Assembly: GCF_002087085.1 (NCBI RefSeq) | Contig: NZ_MWQY01000002.1 | Span: 248,001-312,000 of the forward strand | Direction of reading: 5' to 3' | Length of the DNA: 64,000 nucleotides | Shown: piece after piece, positions 38,686 through 47,374 of the stretch | Position numbering within the stretch: position 1 is the stretch's first letter | Layout of the letters: each line of letters starts with the position of its first letter | The notes under the pieces: generated by a model | What the model was told of the DNA's origin: nothing | Database searches by the model: none | What the model saw: only the letters and a program-made list of their open reading frames with translations | Translations under genes and position numbers: made by a program

Positions 38686-39709
38686 ATGGCTTAATAATAA
38701 CACTTACCATCACTCACAGTTCTGGGACTTGAAGCAGCTGGTCAAGGAAAAGGAGAAACAGGGAATAAGCGTCTCCCTGTGCATTCCGACCCTCAACGAG
38801 GAGAAGACCATCGGCAAGGAGATCGTGGTTTTCAAATCGGAACTGGTAAACCGCTATCCCCTGCTGGATGAGATTGCGGTGATCGATTCCGGCAGCGACG
38901 ACAAGACCCTGGAGGTCGCCGCATCCTTCGGTGCGGATACCTATCTGAGCTCCGAGATTCTGCCCGACCTTGAACCCAAACGTGGCAAGGGAGAGAACCT
39001 GTGGAAGGCAATATACCAGCTGAAGGGAGACATAATCGTCTACATCGACGCGGATATCAAAAATATCCATCCCCGTTTTGTTTACGGGCTTGTGGCTCCC
39101 CTGATCTATCGGCCGGAGGTAAAATACGTCAAGGCTTTCTACGACCGGCCACTGGCCTTCAGTCAGGGAGTCAGACCCTCCGGAGGCGGACGGGTCACGG
39201 AAATACTGGTGCGTCCTCTTTTCAGCCTCTTTCTGCCGGAACTGAGTGCCATAATTCAGCCCCTGAGCGGGGAATACGCCGTCCGCAGGTCCGTGCTGGA
39301 GGAGATCCCCTTCCCCATCGGTTACGGAGTGGAAACCAGCCATCTGATAGACGTCCACCAGATCTACGGCATGAGCGCCTTTGCGCAGACCGACCTTGAC
39401 CAGCGGGTCCATCGCAACCAGCAGACCAGGTCCCTGGGACGAATGTCCTTCGGCATCCTGCAGACCTTCCTTTCCCGATTGCAGAAGCTCGAGATTATCG
39501 GACAACTTCCGCCCCTGGAAACCGTTCTGCGTCAGTTTCAGGTCCATGACGAACGTTTCGAGGCCGTGGAGCATCTTATCGTGGAGGAAGAACGGCCGCC
39601 CATGCTTGACATCCCGGCGTACCAGGAAAAAAAGAAGGCTCTGCAGAAATCCGCAAAAAAAGGAACCCGAAAAAAACGAAGCGGAGAAGAAAAACAGACA
39701 GCGGGATAA
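38669..39709 (+). CDS. gpgS: Glucosyl-3-phosphoglycerate synthase
   Basis: IPTLNEE, DSGS.D, GKGENLW, DAD, KAFYDRP, GGGRVTE, QPLSGEYA, GYGVE, RVHRNQ; GTG start behind GGAGG. Confidence 0.88.
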   Translation: MTNLNEWLNNNTYHHSQFWDLKQLVKEKEKQGISVSLCIPTLNEEKTIGKEIVVFKSELVNRYPLLDEIAVIDSGSDDKTLEVAASFGADTYLSSEILPDLEPKRGKGENLWKAIYQLKGDIIVYIDADIKNIHPRFVYGLVAPLIYRPEVKYVKAFYDRPLAFSQGVRPSGGGRVTEILVRPLFSLFLPELSAIIQPLSGEYAVRRSVLEEIPFPIGYGVETSHLIDVHQIYGMSAFAQTDLDQRVHRNQQTRSLGRMSFGILQTFLSRLQKLEIIGQLPPLETVLRQFQVHDERFEAVEHLIVEEERPPMLDIPAYQEKKKALQKSAKKGTRKKRSGEEKQTAG

Positions 39710-39792
39710 TGAATCCTCAACCCTCTGCTCCGGGCAGCCGAAGATTAATCTGTACAGCTGAAGCCATTAAGATACAGGGGTAAGAATACCGG

Positions 39793-40248
39793 ATGGACGA
39801 TAGCATGAACTCAGACGAAATCTACTCACGGTTATCCGCTGTCCGGGAGCAGTACATGAGCTGCTTTGATCAGACCTGGTTTCGTATTCTTGCAGAAGAA
39901 TGCCCCATGGAACGGGGTCTTCAGGGAGAAATCCGGCTATTTCTTGATTCTCCCCGGGACGAGCTGGAAAAAAAGGACCTGCTGTACGGGGTTTCAAATC
40001 TGGAACACTTTGTCCGCATAATAGAAGCCTATCTTCTGCCCAATATCAAGGAGCTCCTCGGGGTCTCCGGGCTGCGTCCGGACCGACGGCTGAAGAACAG
40101 GGACCAGTATGTACATCATCGTCTGCTTGCCGAGGTCCTGCCGTATAACGTTTCGGTGCTGAAAAGCCGGGTGGGAGAGCTGAAAAAGGCTGCCGGAACC
40201 TGTACCCCTCCGGTTCTTCCCGAACTGCCGGAGTATCGCAGCGCCTGA
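39793..40248 (+). CDS. Hypothetical protein
   Basis: 151-aa ORF co-oriented with both neighbours and filling the gap. Confidence 0.6.
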   Translation: MDDSMNSDEIYSRLSAVREQYMSCFDQTWFRILAEECPMERGLQGEIRLFLDSPRDELEKKDLLYGVSNLEHFVRIIEAYLLPNIKELLGVSGLRPDRRLKNRDQYVHHRLLAEVLPYNVSVLKSRVGELKKAAGTCTPPVLPELPEYRSA

Positions 40249-40263
40249 TTCCTCTTCGACCAC

Positions 40264-40292
40264 TTGCGGGCTCCGGTAACGGAAGTTATACT
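40264..40292 (+). promoter_or_regulatory. sigma70-type promoter of the SMUG1 gene
   Basis: TTGCGG-N17-TATACT, 9 nt before ATG 40302. Confidence 0.55.
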
Positions 40293-40301
40293 CCTATCTG
40301 C

Positions 40302-41030
40302 ATGAACCTTCTTCAACTCACAGAAAAACTTGCAGCAGAAGTGGAAACACTGAAGTTTGACGGAAAAGTCGCCGCTGTTTACAATCCCCTCCGGTATGCG
40401 GAAAAACCGCACAGTGAGTATCTGAAACGTTACGGAGGGGGAAAAAAACGGGTACTGTTTCTGGGAATGAATCCCGGCCCCTGGGGCATGGCCCAGACCG
40501 GTGTACCCTTTGGCGAAATCGATGCAGTTCAGAACTGGCTCGGTATCCGGGAAAAGGTTGGCAAACCTCAAAGGGAACACCCGAAGCGCCCGATCGAGGG
40601 ATTTGAATGTACAAAAAGCGAGGTCAGCGGACGCCGCCTGTGGGGTCTTTTTCGGGAAAGGTTCGAATCCCCGGAGGCTTTTTTCCGGGACCATTACGTC
40701 GCCAATTACTGCCCCCTGGTCTTCATGGAGGAATCCGGCAAGAACCTGACTCCTGACAAGCTTCCCGCCCGGGAGTCCGCGGCGCTGTATACTATATGCG
40801 ACCGTTATATCGCAGGACTGATTGAACTGATGCGGCCCGAGTTTCTGATGGGTATCGGCAAGTTCGCTGCCAGACGCCTTTCCGACATCGCCTCAGATAT
40901 GCCGGTAGAGCTGATCCGGGGATGTACCATCGACTCTGTTCTCCATCCGAGTCCTGCGAATCCCGCCGCCAACCGCGGCTGGTCCGAAGCGGCGGAGAAA
41001 AAACTGAAGGCCATCGGAATCTGGAAATAG
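40302..41030 (+). CDS. SMUG1-type (family 3) uracil-DNA glycosylase
   Basis: YNPL.YA, GMNPGPWGMAQTGVPFG, SEVSGRRLW, NYCPL, HPSP. Confidence 0.92.
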   Translation: MNLLQLTEKLAAEVETLKFDGKVAAVYNPLRYAEKPHSEYLKRYGGGKKRVLFLGMNPGPWGMAQTGVPFGEIDAVQNWLGIREKVGKPQREHPKRPIEGFECTKSEVSGRRLWGLFRERFESPEAFFRDHYVANYCPLVFMEESGKNLTPDKLPARESAALYTICDRYIAGLIELMRPEFLMGIGKFAARRLSDIASDMPVELIRGCTIDSVLHPSPANPAANRGWSEAAEKKLKAIGIWK

Positions 41031-41038
41031 ACTCTCTT

Positions 41039-41833
41039 ATGGCAAACAGAAGGGGATCGTACCCGGCGGAAATCGAAAAGCGCCTGCATAATTCTATACA
41101 CAACAGACTCAGGGAAACAAAAGTCGCCGGCAGCGGGGCTTCGGCGGTACTTTTTCTGCTGTCTGAAAACCAGAAGCAAGAATTATCCCTGGTGCTGACA
41201 AAGCGTTCGGCCCTTGTCTCCCAGCCGGGAGACCTCTGCAGTCCGGGAGGAAGGGTTTCCCCGGTCCGGGACAGGCTGATAAGCCGCCTGCTGATGCTCC
41301 CGGGGATGCCCCTGAAGAGCTGGAAAACCTGGAAGAATATCCGAAAGCAGGATCAAAAAACCGCCGAATCCGCAGCAATGCTGGTATCTGCCGCTCTGAG
41401 GGAGACCTGGGAAGAGATAGGCCTCAATCCCTTCCGGGTGGAGCTCCTCGGAATACTGGAACCGCGACAGCTGACTGTCTTTGACAAGACGATTTTCCCC
41501 GTCTGCGCCTGGACCCGCACTATCCGAAGGCTACGGCTCAACCGGGAGGTGGAAAGCATCCACTGGATACCCCTTTCCCGGCTGCTTGACCCCGCAAACT
41601 ACGCGGCCTACACCATTCGCTCGGTTCAGGCAGTCTCCGGAGACCAGGCGCTGGAAAAGAAAACCATCTGCTACCGCCACAGGGAAGGAGAAAGGGAGGA
41701 GATTCTCTGGGGCGCGACCCTGGGGGTCACCCTCTCTTTCCTGAAGACTGTCTACGACTTTTCTCCACCGTCCAGGGAGACACTTCCCCTGGTGGAGGAT
41801 GTATTCAGTGAGAATTACTTTGGAGGGATTTAA
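41039..41833 (+). CDS. Nudix hydrolase, CoA-pyrophosphatase-like
   Basis: SAVL, LTKRS...QPGDLCSPGG, AALRETWEEIGL, NREVE, ILWGAT. Confidence 0.8.
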   Translation: MANRRGSYPAEIEKRLHNSIHNRLRETKVAGSGASAVLFLLSENQKQELSLVLTKRSALVSQPGDLCSPGGRVSPVRDRLISRLLMLPGMPLKSWKTWKNIRKQDQKTAESAAMLVSAALRETWEEIGLNPFRVELLGILEPRQLTVFDKTIFPVCAWTRTIRRLRLNREVESIHWIPLSRLLDPANYAAYTIRSVQAVSGDQALEKKTICYRHREGEREEILWGATLGVTLSFLKTVYDFSPPSRETLPLVEDVFSENYFGGI

Positions 41834-41836
41834 GCC

Positions 41837-42835
41837 TCATCCTGCAAGATACTCGTACACCCCCTGGGGGATGCTGATTCCTTCCCGCCGGGACTTCTGC
41901 ATTGTCTGGTTTTCAATTTCTCCGGGAATCATAACTCTCGAAAAACCCTCTGCGGGAGCCTGGCTGTGAAGCTCGTCTATCATCCTCTGGGTAGTCTCGA
42001 GATATGCATCTCCCCCGAATACAGCCGGATCAATTACGAGGATGAAGTTTGACAGATCCCGGGATTTATCCATGTCGCCGTACATCTTTGTCAAATGCGG
42101 GCCGAAAACTCCTCCTATCATGAGACCGGTAAGGGCTTCAACCATAATATTGATGCCATAACCCTTGGCCCCGCCGAAAGGAAAGAGGGATTTTGCCGCA
42201 TTGGGATCCGTCGTGGGGTTCCCCCGGGAATCCACGGCCCATCCCGCCGGAATGGGCTGCTCCTTTTCCCGGGCGTAGAAGATCTTGCCGAAGGCTACTT
42301 CGCTGGTGGCCATGTCCAGAAGTATGGATTCCTTTTTTCCCGGAAAACCGAAGGCGAAGGGATTGGTCCCGAAGAACGCCTGCCTTCCCCCGAAAGGGAC
42401 CACACAGGCATCGGTATTGACCATTACCATGGCCGCCATTCCGGCATTCAGGGCCATCTGCACATAATAGGCCAGGGCCCCGCAATGGCTGTTGTTGCGG
42501 ATTCCCATCATACAGATTCCCTCGGTTCCGGCAAGCTTTATGGCTTCGGCGCATGCAAAGCGGGTTGTGACATGGCCGGCTCCCCCCTGGGCATCCACGA
42601 GGCCGATGGAAGGTTTGAGCATCTCCACCCTAAGCTCAGGATTGCGGTTCATACCGCCGGATTTTATCCTGTTTACGTAGTGCTCGACCCGCAGGACCCC
42701 GTGGGAATGAACCCCCCGCAGATCGGCAAAGACCAGGACATCGGCGATAACCTCCGCATCCTTCCGGGGGATATCAACCTCCAGCAATCGCTGGACTACA
42801 AGTTTCTTGAGTTCGTCTTCGTTTATGCTGACCAT
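41837..42835 (-). CDS. allD: Ldh_2 family dehydrogenase, ureidoglycolate dehydrogenase-like
   Basis: ADLRGVHSHG, HCGAL, GTNPFAF, DMATS, KGYG, V.IPGE. Family is clear; substrate is not. Confidence 0.65.
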   Translation of the reverse strand: MVSINEDELKKLVVQRLLEVDIPRKDAEVIADVLVFADLRGVHSHGVLRVEHYVNRIKSGGMNRNPELRVEMLKPSIGLVDAQGGAGHVTTRFACAEAIKLAGTEGICMMGIRNNSHCGALAYYVQMALNAGMAAMVMVNTDACVVPFGGRQAFFGTNPFAFGFPGKKESILLDMATSEVAFGKIFYAREKEQPIPAGWAVDSRGNPTTDPNAAKSLFPFGGAKGYGINIMVEALTGLMIGGVFGPHLTKMYGDMDKSRDLSNFILVIDPAVFGGDAYLETTQRMIDELHSQAPAEGFSRVMIPGEIENQTMQKSRREGISIPQGVYEYLAG

Positions 42836-42897
42836 ACATACTTCCATTCCGGTTTTCTTCAATTATAGGATATAAACGGTCTGGAGGGAATAAAAGT

Positions 42898-42922
42898 CCG
42901 CCCGGGAACACGACCCGGGCGG
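42898..42922 (-). terminator. Hairpin after the TRAP large permease
   Basis: CCGCCCGGG-N7-CCCGGGCGG followed by ACTTTTATT on the minus strand. Confidence 0.6.
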
Positions 42923-42934
42923 TTAAGCATCTTT

Positions 42935-44242
42935 TTACAGGAATTCCGGCATAAACAATCGGGGCAGGAACATCGTCAATCCGGGGAAAACGATAATTGC
43001 CGAGAGTACCAGAAGCATAATGGCCAGGAAGATCCCGACCTCCTTGATTGCGTCCATACTGTTTATTCCGCCGATTTCACTGGATATCAGCAGACACAGT
43101 CCGTAGGGAGGTGTAATCAGCCCGAAACTTAATGCCACGATACCGGAAATGGCGTAATGCAGAGGATGGATGCCCGCGTGCTCCGCCAGGGGCATCAGCA
43201 GGGGCGTCATTATAACGATGGCCGGAATTGCATCCATGAAGGTTCCGACAATAAGAAAGAGCCCGACGATAATAAAGAGCATCACCGTTGGGGAGCTGGT
43301 AATATAGCCGATGGCCTCCACCATGTAGGCGGGCAGGCGATAGTAGGCCAGAACCCAGCCGTAAATTGATGCTGTTCCCACCGCGAAGAGAGAGAGGCCC
43401 CCAAGCTTTGCCGTTTCAAGGAGCAGACCGGAAACCCTTCCCGGTTTTATTGTCCGATAGACAAACAGCGCCAGGAACAGGGCGTAGGCTACCGCCAGCA
43501 GCGAAGCCTCCGTGGGGGTAACAAAGCCGCCCACTATACCGCCGATGATTATAACCGGAGTAATACCCGGCAGTATGGCGGCCTTGAAACTCAGCCCAAG
43601 TTCCTTCCAGTCCATGGCGTGTTCCTTGGGATACTTTCTCTTGATGGAAAAGATGTGTACCAGTCCCATCTGAGAAAGGGCGACCATAACTCCCGGAACG
43701 AACCCTGCGAGAAAGAGGGCCGCCACGGAGGTGTTGGACACGCCGCCCCAGACAACCATGATAATGCTGGGCGGTATAATCACCCCCATTACGCTGGAAC
43801 AGGCGGTAACCGCAACGGTGAAGAACCGGTCGTATTTTTCCTTTATCATGGCGGGGATCAGCACCGATCCGATACCGGCGGCATCCGCAGTGGAAGATCC
43901 GGATATGCCGGCAAAGAACATGCTGACAACAACATTTACATGGGCAAGCCCGCCGGGCAAATGCCCCACCAGGGCCTTGGAAAAGCGGATCAGCTTGTTG
44001 GTAATTCCCGAGGCGTTCATTACATTTGCGGCCATGATAAAGAAGGGGACCGACAGAAGAATGAAGGAATCGTAGGACTTCAGCATCCGCTGCAAAAGCA
44101 TTACGGGAGTCAGCCGGGGTTCCACGAGCAGAACCGGCACAACCGCCAGGGCCAGGGCATAGGCAACAGGAATTCGTAATACGATAAGCAGGATCAGACC
44201 GCCAAAAAGCAGAATGCCGACTATGGCTGGATCAAATATCAC
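42935..44242 (-). CDS. TRAP transporter large permease (DctM)
   Basis: LLSVPFF, GISGSSTADAA, IIPPS, TPTEA, ITPPYG. Confidence 0.93.
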   Translation of the reverse strand: MIFDPAIVGILLFGGLILLIVLRIPVAYALALAVVPVLLVEPRLTPVMLLQRMLKSYDSFILLSVPFFIMAANVMNASGITNKLIRFSKALVGHLPGGLAHVNVVVSMFFAGISGSSTADAAGIGSVLIPAMIKEKYDRFFTVAVTACSSVMGVIIPPSIIMVVWGGVSNTSVAALFLAGFVPGVMVALSQMGLVHIFSIKRKYPKEHAMDWKELGLSFKAAILPGITPVIIIGGIVGGFVTPTEASLLAVAYALFLALFVYRTIKPGRVSGLLLETAKLGGLSLFAVGTASIYGWVLAYYRLPAYMVEAIGYITSSPTVMLFIIVGLFLIVGTFMDAIPAIVIMTPLLMPLAEHAGIHPLHYAISGIVALSFGLITPPYGLCLLISSEIGGINSMDAIKEVGIFLAIMLLVLSAIIVFPGLTMFLPRLFMPEFL

Positions 44243-44751
44243 GGTAGTTCCCCCTCTTCAGGTTCTTGCTGCTTTGGCAGGCCTTTTCCAGTAATCAGCC
44301 GTGCGACCTGCTCAATAAGAAAGATGGTCCAGGTAAAACCCGCGAACGGGACCGAGGCATGAATCCAACCGAGATTTATGCCCGTCAGCTCTGACTGCTG
44401 AATGGTACCCATCTTCCAGTACCTGAACCCGAAGCGCAGGAAAATGTAGGAAACAGCAAACAGAAGAACATAGTAAAGAATGTCGAGGACCAGGTTGACC
44501 TTTGGGGACAGGTTGCGGGGCAGAAAGTCGACGTAGAAATGCCTCCGCTCCCTGAGCCCGATCATGGACCCGAGAAAGATCACCCAGATCAGCGACATTC
44601 GCGCCACCTCTTCCGCCCAGAGATAACGGGGAATAAAATGGATATAGCGGCCCATGATCTGCAGCGCGACGGAAAACATGAGCAGGTACATGAGCAGAAT
44701 AATTACCGCATTTATAATACGCACATAAACATCCAGAATCTTTGTAAACAT
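44239..44751 (-). CDS. TRAP transporter small permease (DctQ)
   Basis: WAEEVAR, HFYVD, 4 TM helices; start re-placed at ATG 44751. Confidence 0.9.
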   Translation of the reverse strand: MFTKILDVYVRIINAVIILLMYLLMFSVALQIMGRYIHFIPRYLWAEEVARMSLIWVIFLGSMIGLRERRHFYVDFLPRNLSPKVNLVLDILYYVLLFAVSYIFLRFGFRYWKMGTIQQSELTGINLGWIHASVPFAGFTWTIFLIEQVARLITGKGLPKQQEPEEGELP

Positions 44752-44842
44752 GGGAGTATTCCTTCCAGAAGATTTGACAGGAAGATAGAACAGGACAGGC
44801 AGCATGCAGCCGCCTGCCCCGGTTTCAGGCCGACCCTGGGGG

Positions 44843-45850
44843 TCAGCGCATGCTGTCTACATTCGCAAGGATCTCTTCAGCGCCGATTTCCTTGGCGAAA
44901 GCTTCAAGAGCCGGCCGTGCAGCAGCCTGCATCCTGGCCAGGTCCTCCGGAGGAAGTTCGATCAGCTTGATCTTGCCTTCGGCTTCCATCTCTTTCAGGG
45001 CCTCGGCGTCTTCCCGGGTTTCCGTAGCACGGTGCCAGGCAGCGGCCTCTTCTCCTGCCTTCAGAATGGCGTCCTGGAGCTCCTTCGGGAAACTCTGGAA
45101 GCGCTTTTCGCTGAAGAAAAGGGGCCGTACGGTAATAGCATGCCGGGTAAGCACGATATTCGGGGCTACCTCGTAGAATTTCATGGAGCGCAGTGCCGCC
45201 GACTCATTCTCGAGACCGTCAACTACACCGGTTTTGATTCCGTTATAGACCTCGAGATAATCCAGAGGAGTGGCCTTGAATCCGACTGCGTTGAAAACAT
45301 TTGCCTGAATGGGAGATCCCATTACACGAAGCAGGATATTGGGAAAGTCCTCAGTTCCCTTTACAGGCTGGTTCAGAATCAGGTTCCGGGTACCGCCGCC
45401 GCCGTATCCAACGATGCGCAGCCCCTTCTTGATCAGGTCCTCTTTTATAGGGGCAAAGGCATCTTCACTGAGGGCTCTGTCCCAGTGGTCCAGGTCCTTG
45501 AACAGGAAGGGAGGATCCATAAAGGAGACCCTCTTGTCCCAGGTAGCGGCCCAGGAGGGAGCGGCAATGGCGAAATCGACGGAGATACCTTCGATCATGA
45601 ACTCTACAAAGTCCTTCTCCTGACCAAGATCACCGGAGTGGTGTACCTCAATTTCGATGGGACCATCGTAGTATTCTTTAACCTTTTCGGCGAAAACCTC
45701 CATCATCCTGTAGAACACATAGTCGGCAGGAAGGTGGGTGGCACCCACCAGGCGGATGGGTCGCTCGGCACCGGCTTCTCCCTGGGCCCCGGCGAACAGG
45801 GTCCCGAATCCGATGATCAGCACAAGGGACACAATTAAAAACTTCTTCAT
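44843..45850 (-). CDS. TRAP solute-binding protein (DctP)
   Basis: Signal peptide ...LFAGAQGE, LGQEKD, LLRVM (carboxylate-binding Arg), EVYNGIKTGVVDGLEN, KFYEV. Confidence 0.92.
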   Translation of the reverse strand: MKKFLIVSLVLIIGFGTLFAGAQGEAGAERPIRLVGATHLPADYVFYRMMEVFAEKVKEYYDGPIEIEVHHSGDLGQEKDFVEFMIEGISVDFAIAAPSWAATWDKRVSFMDPPFLFKDLDHWDRALSEDAFAPIKEDLIKKGLRIVGYGGGGTRNLILNQPVKGTEDFPNILLRVMGSPIQANVFNAVGFKATPLDYLEVYNGIKTGVVDGLENESAALRSMKFYEVAPNIVLTRHAITVRPLFFSEKRFQSFPKELQDAILKAGEEAAAWHRATETREDAEALKEMEAEGKIKLIELPPEDLARMQAAARPALEAFAKEIGAEEILANVDSMR

Positions 45851-46036
45851 ACAACCTCCTTTACGGATTGTCCAAAATAAATATGCTTAATTGTAATCGC
45901 CAAAATTCAAAACCGCAATCTTTTTAGGTAAACAATCTGATATTTTCTGGAACAAATATCCGAGAAATTTCGAATACAAAAAAACAATCCGCAAAAAGCA
46001 TTATACAAAGTGAATAGTTTCACGGCATCCTGCTTT

Positions 46037-47308
46037 TCAGTCCAGAACAGGCAGCATATCAGCGGCATGAGTCAGGACGGTAATACCCGAAGAGGATCCT
46101 TTGCGTTTCAAAGCTTCGTCCAGGGCCTCCTGCACAGAGGAGAAATGGATAAACCCGAGTTTATCCGCCGTTTCCTTATCGATTCCGTGGGAAACAATAA
46201 AGACAGTCTCCCGTTCCTTTACCTGGGCCCAGGCGATAGCCAGGGCAGCAGCGACCTTGTCCCTGACCTCTCCCCTCTCCACCATTTCACGGAGTCTGCC
46301 TGAGGATTCTCCGGTTACTTCCAGAATATCATCATGGGTCATGGCCACACCTTCGTAACAGGGGGTAACGATAATGATGATACCCTTTTCCTTAACCGCC
46401 AGGTCCGAGGGATACAGGGTCTTGTGGGCCTGCCAGAACTCTATGTCGCAGGGATGGGAACTGGAAACAACAATATCCGCGGCTTGCGGGATGTTGACGG
46501 AAAAGACCTTTTTTGACCGCTCCACACCCTTTCGAAACGCGGCCTCCACATCACCGAAAAAAGCTTCCACCACCTCGCCGTAGCGATTCAGGACGGTATT
46601 GAATATGATATTCAGACCGACTTTTCTGGCTATGGAATCGAGCTCCCTGCGTACGGGGTTCTCGAGGACCCCCAGGTAGGAGCGCGGGGCCCGGACGGAC
46701 AGCAGATGGGTCTCTGCTGTGGTATCCTCACCGGACACTCCCGGCTGTATAATCTTTGAGCCCCCGGCAAAGCCTGGAATATGGTGGGGAACGATGCTGC
46801 CGACACCGATTACGAAATCCGCTTCACAGACCTCCCGGTTTATCATGATTTTCGTACCATTTTCCGTCGTCCCAAGATCCACAAGACTATCAAGGTCCCT
46901 GAAGGGATGGTTCCTGATTGTAATGCGGCGTACAACCTCGGGACCGAATTTCTTAAGGATCTCCTCGTCCGTCATGAAGCGGTGGGTCCCCAGGGCAATA
47001 ATCAGGGTAATCGCGCCGTCCGGGACACCCGCGGCATTCAAGGCATCCAGAACAGGAGGCAGAATCAGATCAGCAGGGGTAAGACGGGTGTTGTCGTCGG
47101 CTACAATGACTACCCTCTTTTTCCCCCTGGCCAGCTCATCCAGCCTTCCGGATCCGATGGGGTTTTCCAGAGCCCGCCGGACTTCCCGGCGGATATCGGA
47201 AACGGGAGGCACCTCCTCCGGGGAATAGACCCCGATGATGTTTTCTTCAGGGATATCTACACCGACCTCCGTATCGCCGTAGGGAAGACTTACATGCCTG
47301 GTTTTCAT
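46037..47308 (-). CDS. larA: Nickel-pincer-dependent lactate racemase family protein (LarA homologue)
   Basis: ALENPIGS, DNTR, ALGTHR, PHH..GFAGGSK, ETH, WQAHK. Confidence 0.85.
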   Translation of the reverse strand: MKTRHVSLPYGDTEVGVDIPEENIIGVYSPEEVPPVSDIRREVRRALENPIGSGRLDELARGKKRVVIVADDNTRLTPADLILPPVLDALNAAGVPDGAITLIIALGTHRFMTDEEILKKFGPEVVRRITIRNHPFRDLDSLVDLGTTENGTKIMINREVCEADFVIGVGSIVPHHIPGFAGGSKIIQPGVSGEDTTAETHLLSVRAPRSYLGVLENPVRRELDSIARKVGLNIIFNTVLNRYGEVVEAFFGDVEAAFRKGVERSKKVFSVNIPQAADIVVSSSHPCDIEFWQAHKTLYPSDLAVKEKGIIIIVTPCYEGVAMTHDDILEVTGESSGRLREMVERGEVRDKVAAALAIAWAQVKERETVFIVSHGIDKETADKLGFIHFSSVQEALDEALKRKGSSSGITVLTHAADMLPVLD

Positions 47309-47334
47309 TTTGTACCTCCTGAGGGGATAAGCAT

Positions 47335-47360
47335 AAAAAAGAGGCCCGCTTTCGCGGGCC
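47335..47360 (-). terminator. Intrinsic terminator between the ABC operon and larA
   Basis: GGCCCGC-GAAA-GCGGGCC followed by TCTTTTTT on the minus strand. Confidence 0.7.
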
Positions 47361-47374
47361 CTTACGGGCAGAAT

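Noticed and set aside
45890..45905. Third sigma54 promoter upstream of the TRAP operon (TTGGCG on the minus strand)
   Set aside because: No GC at the required GG-N10-GC spacing.
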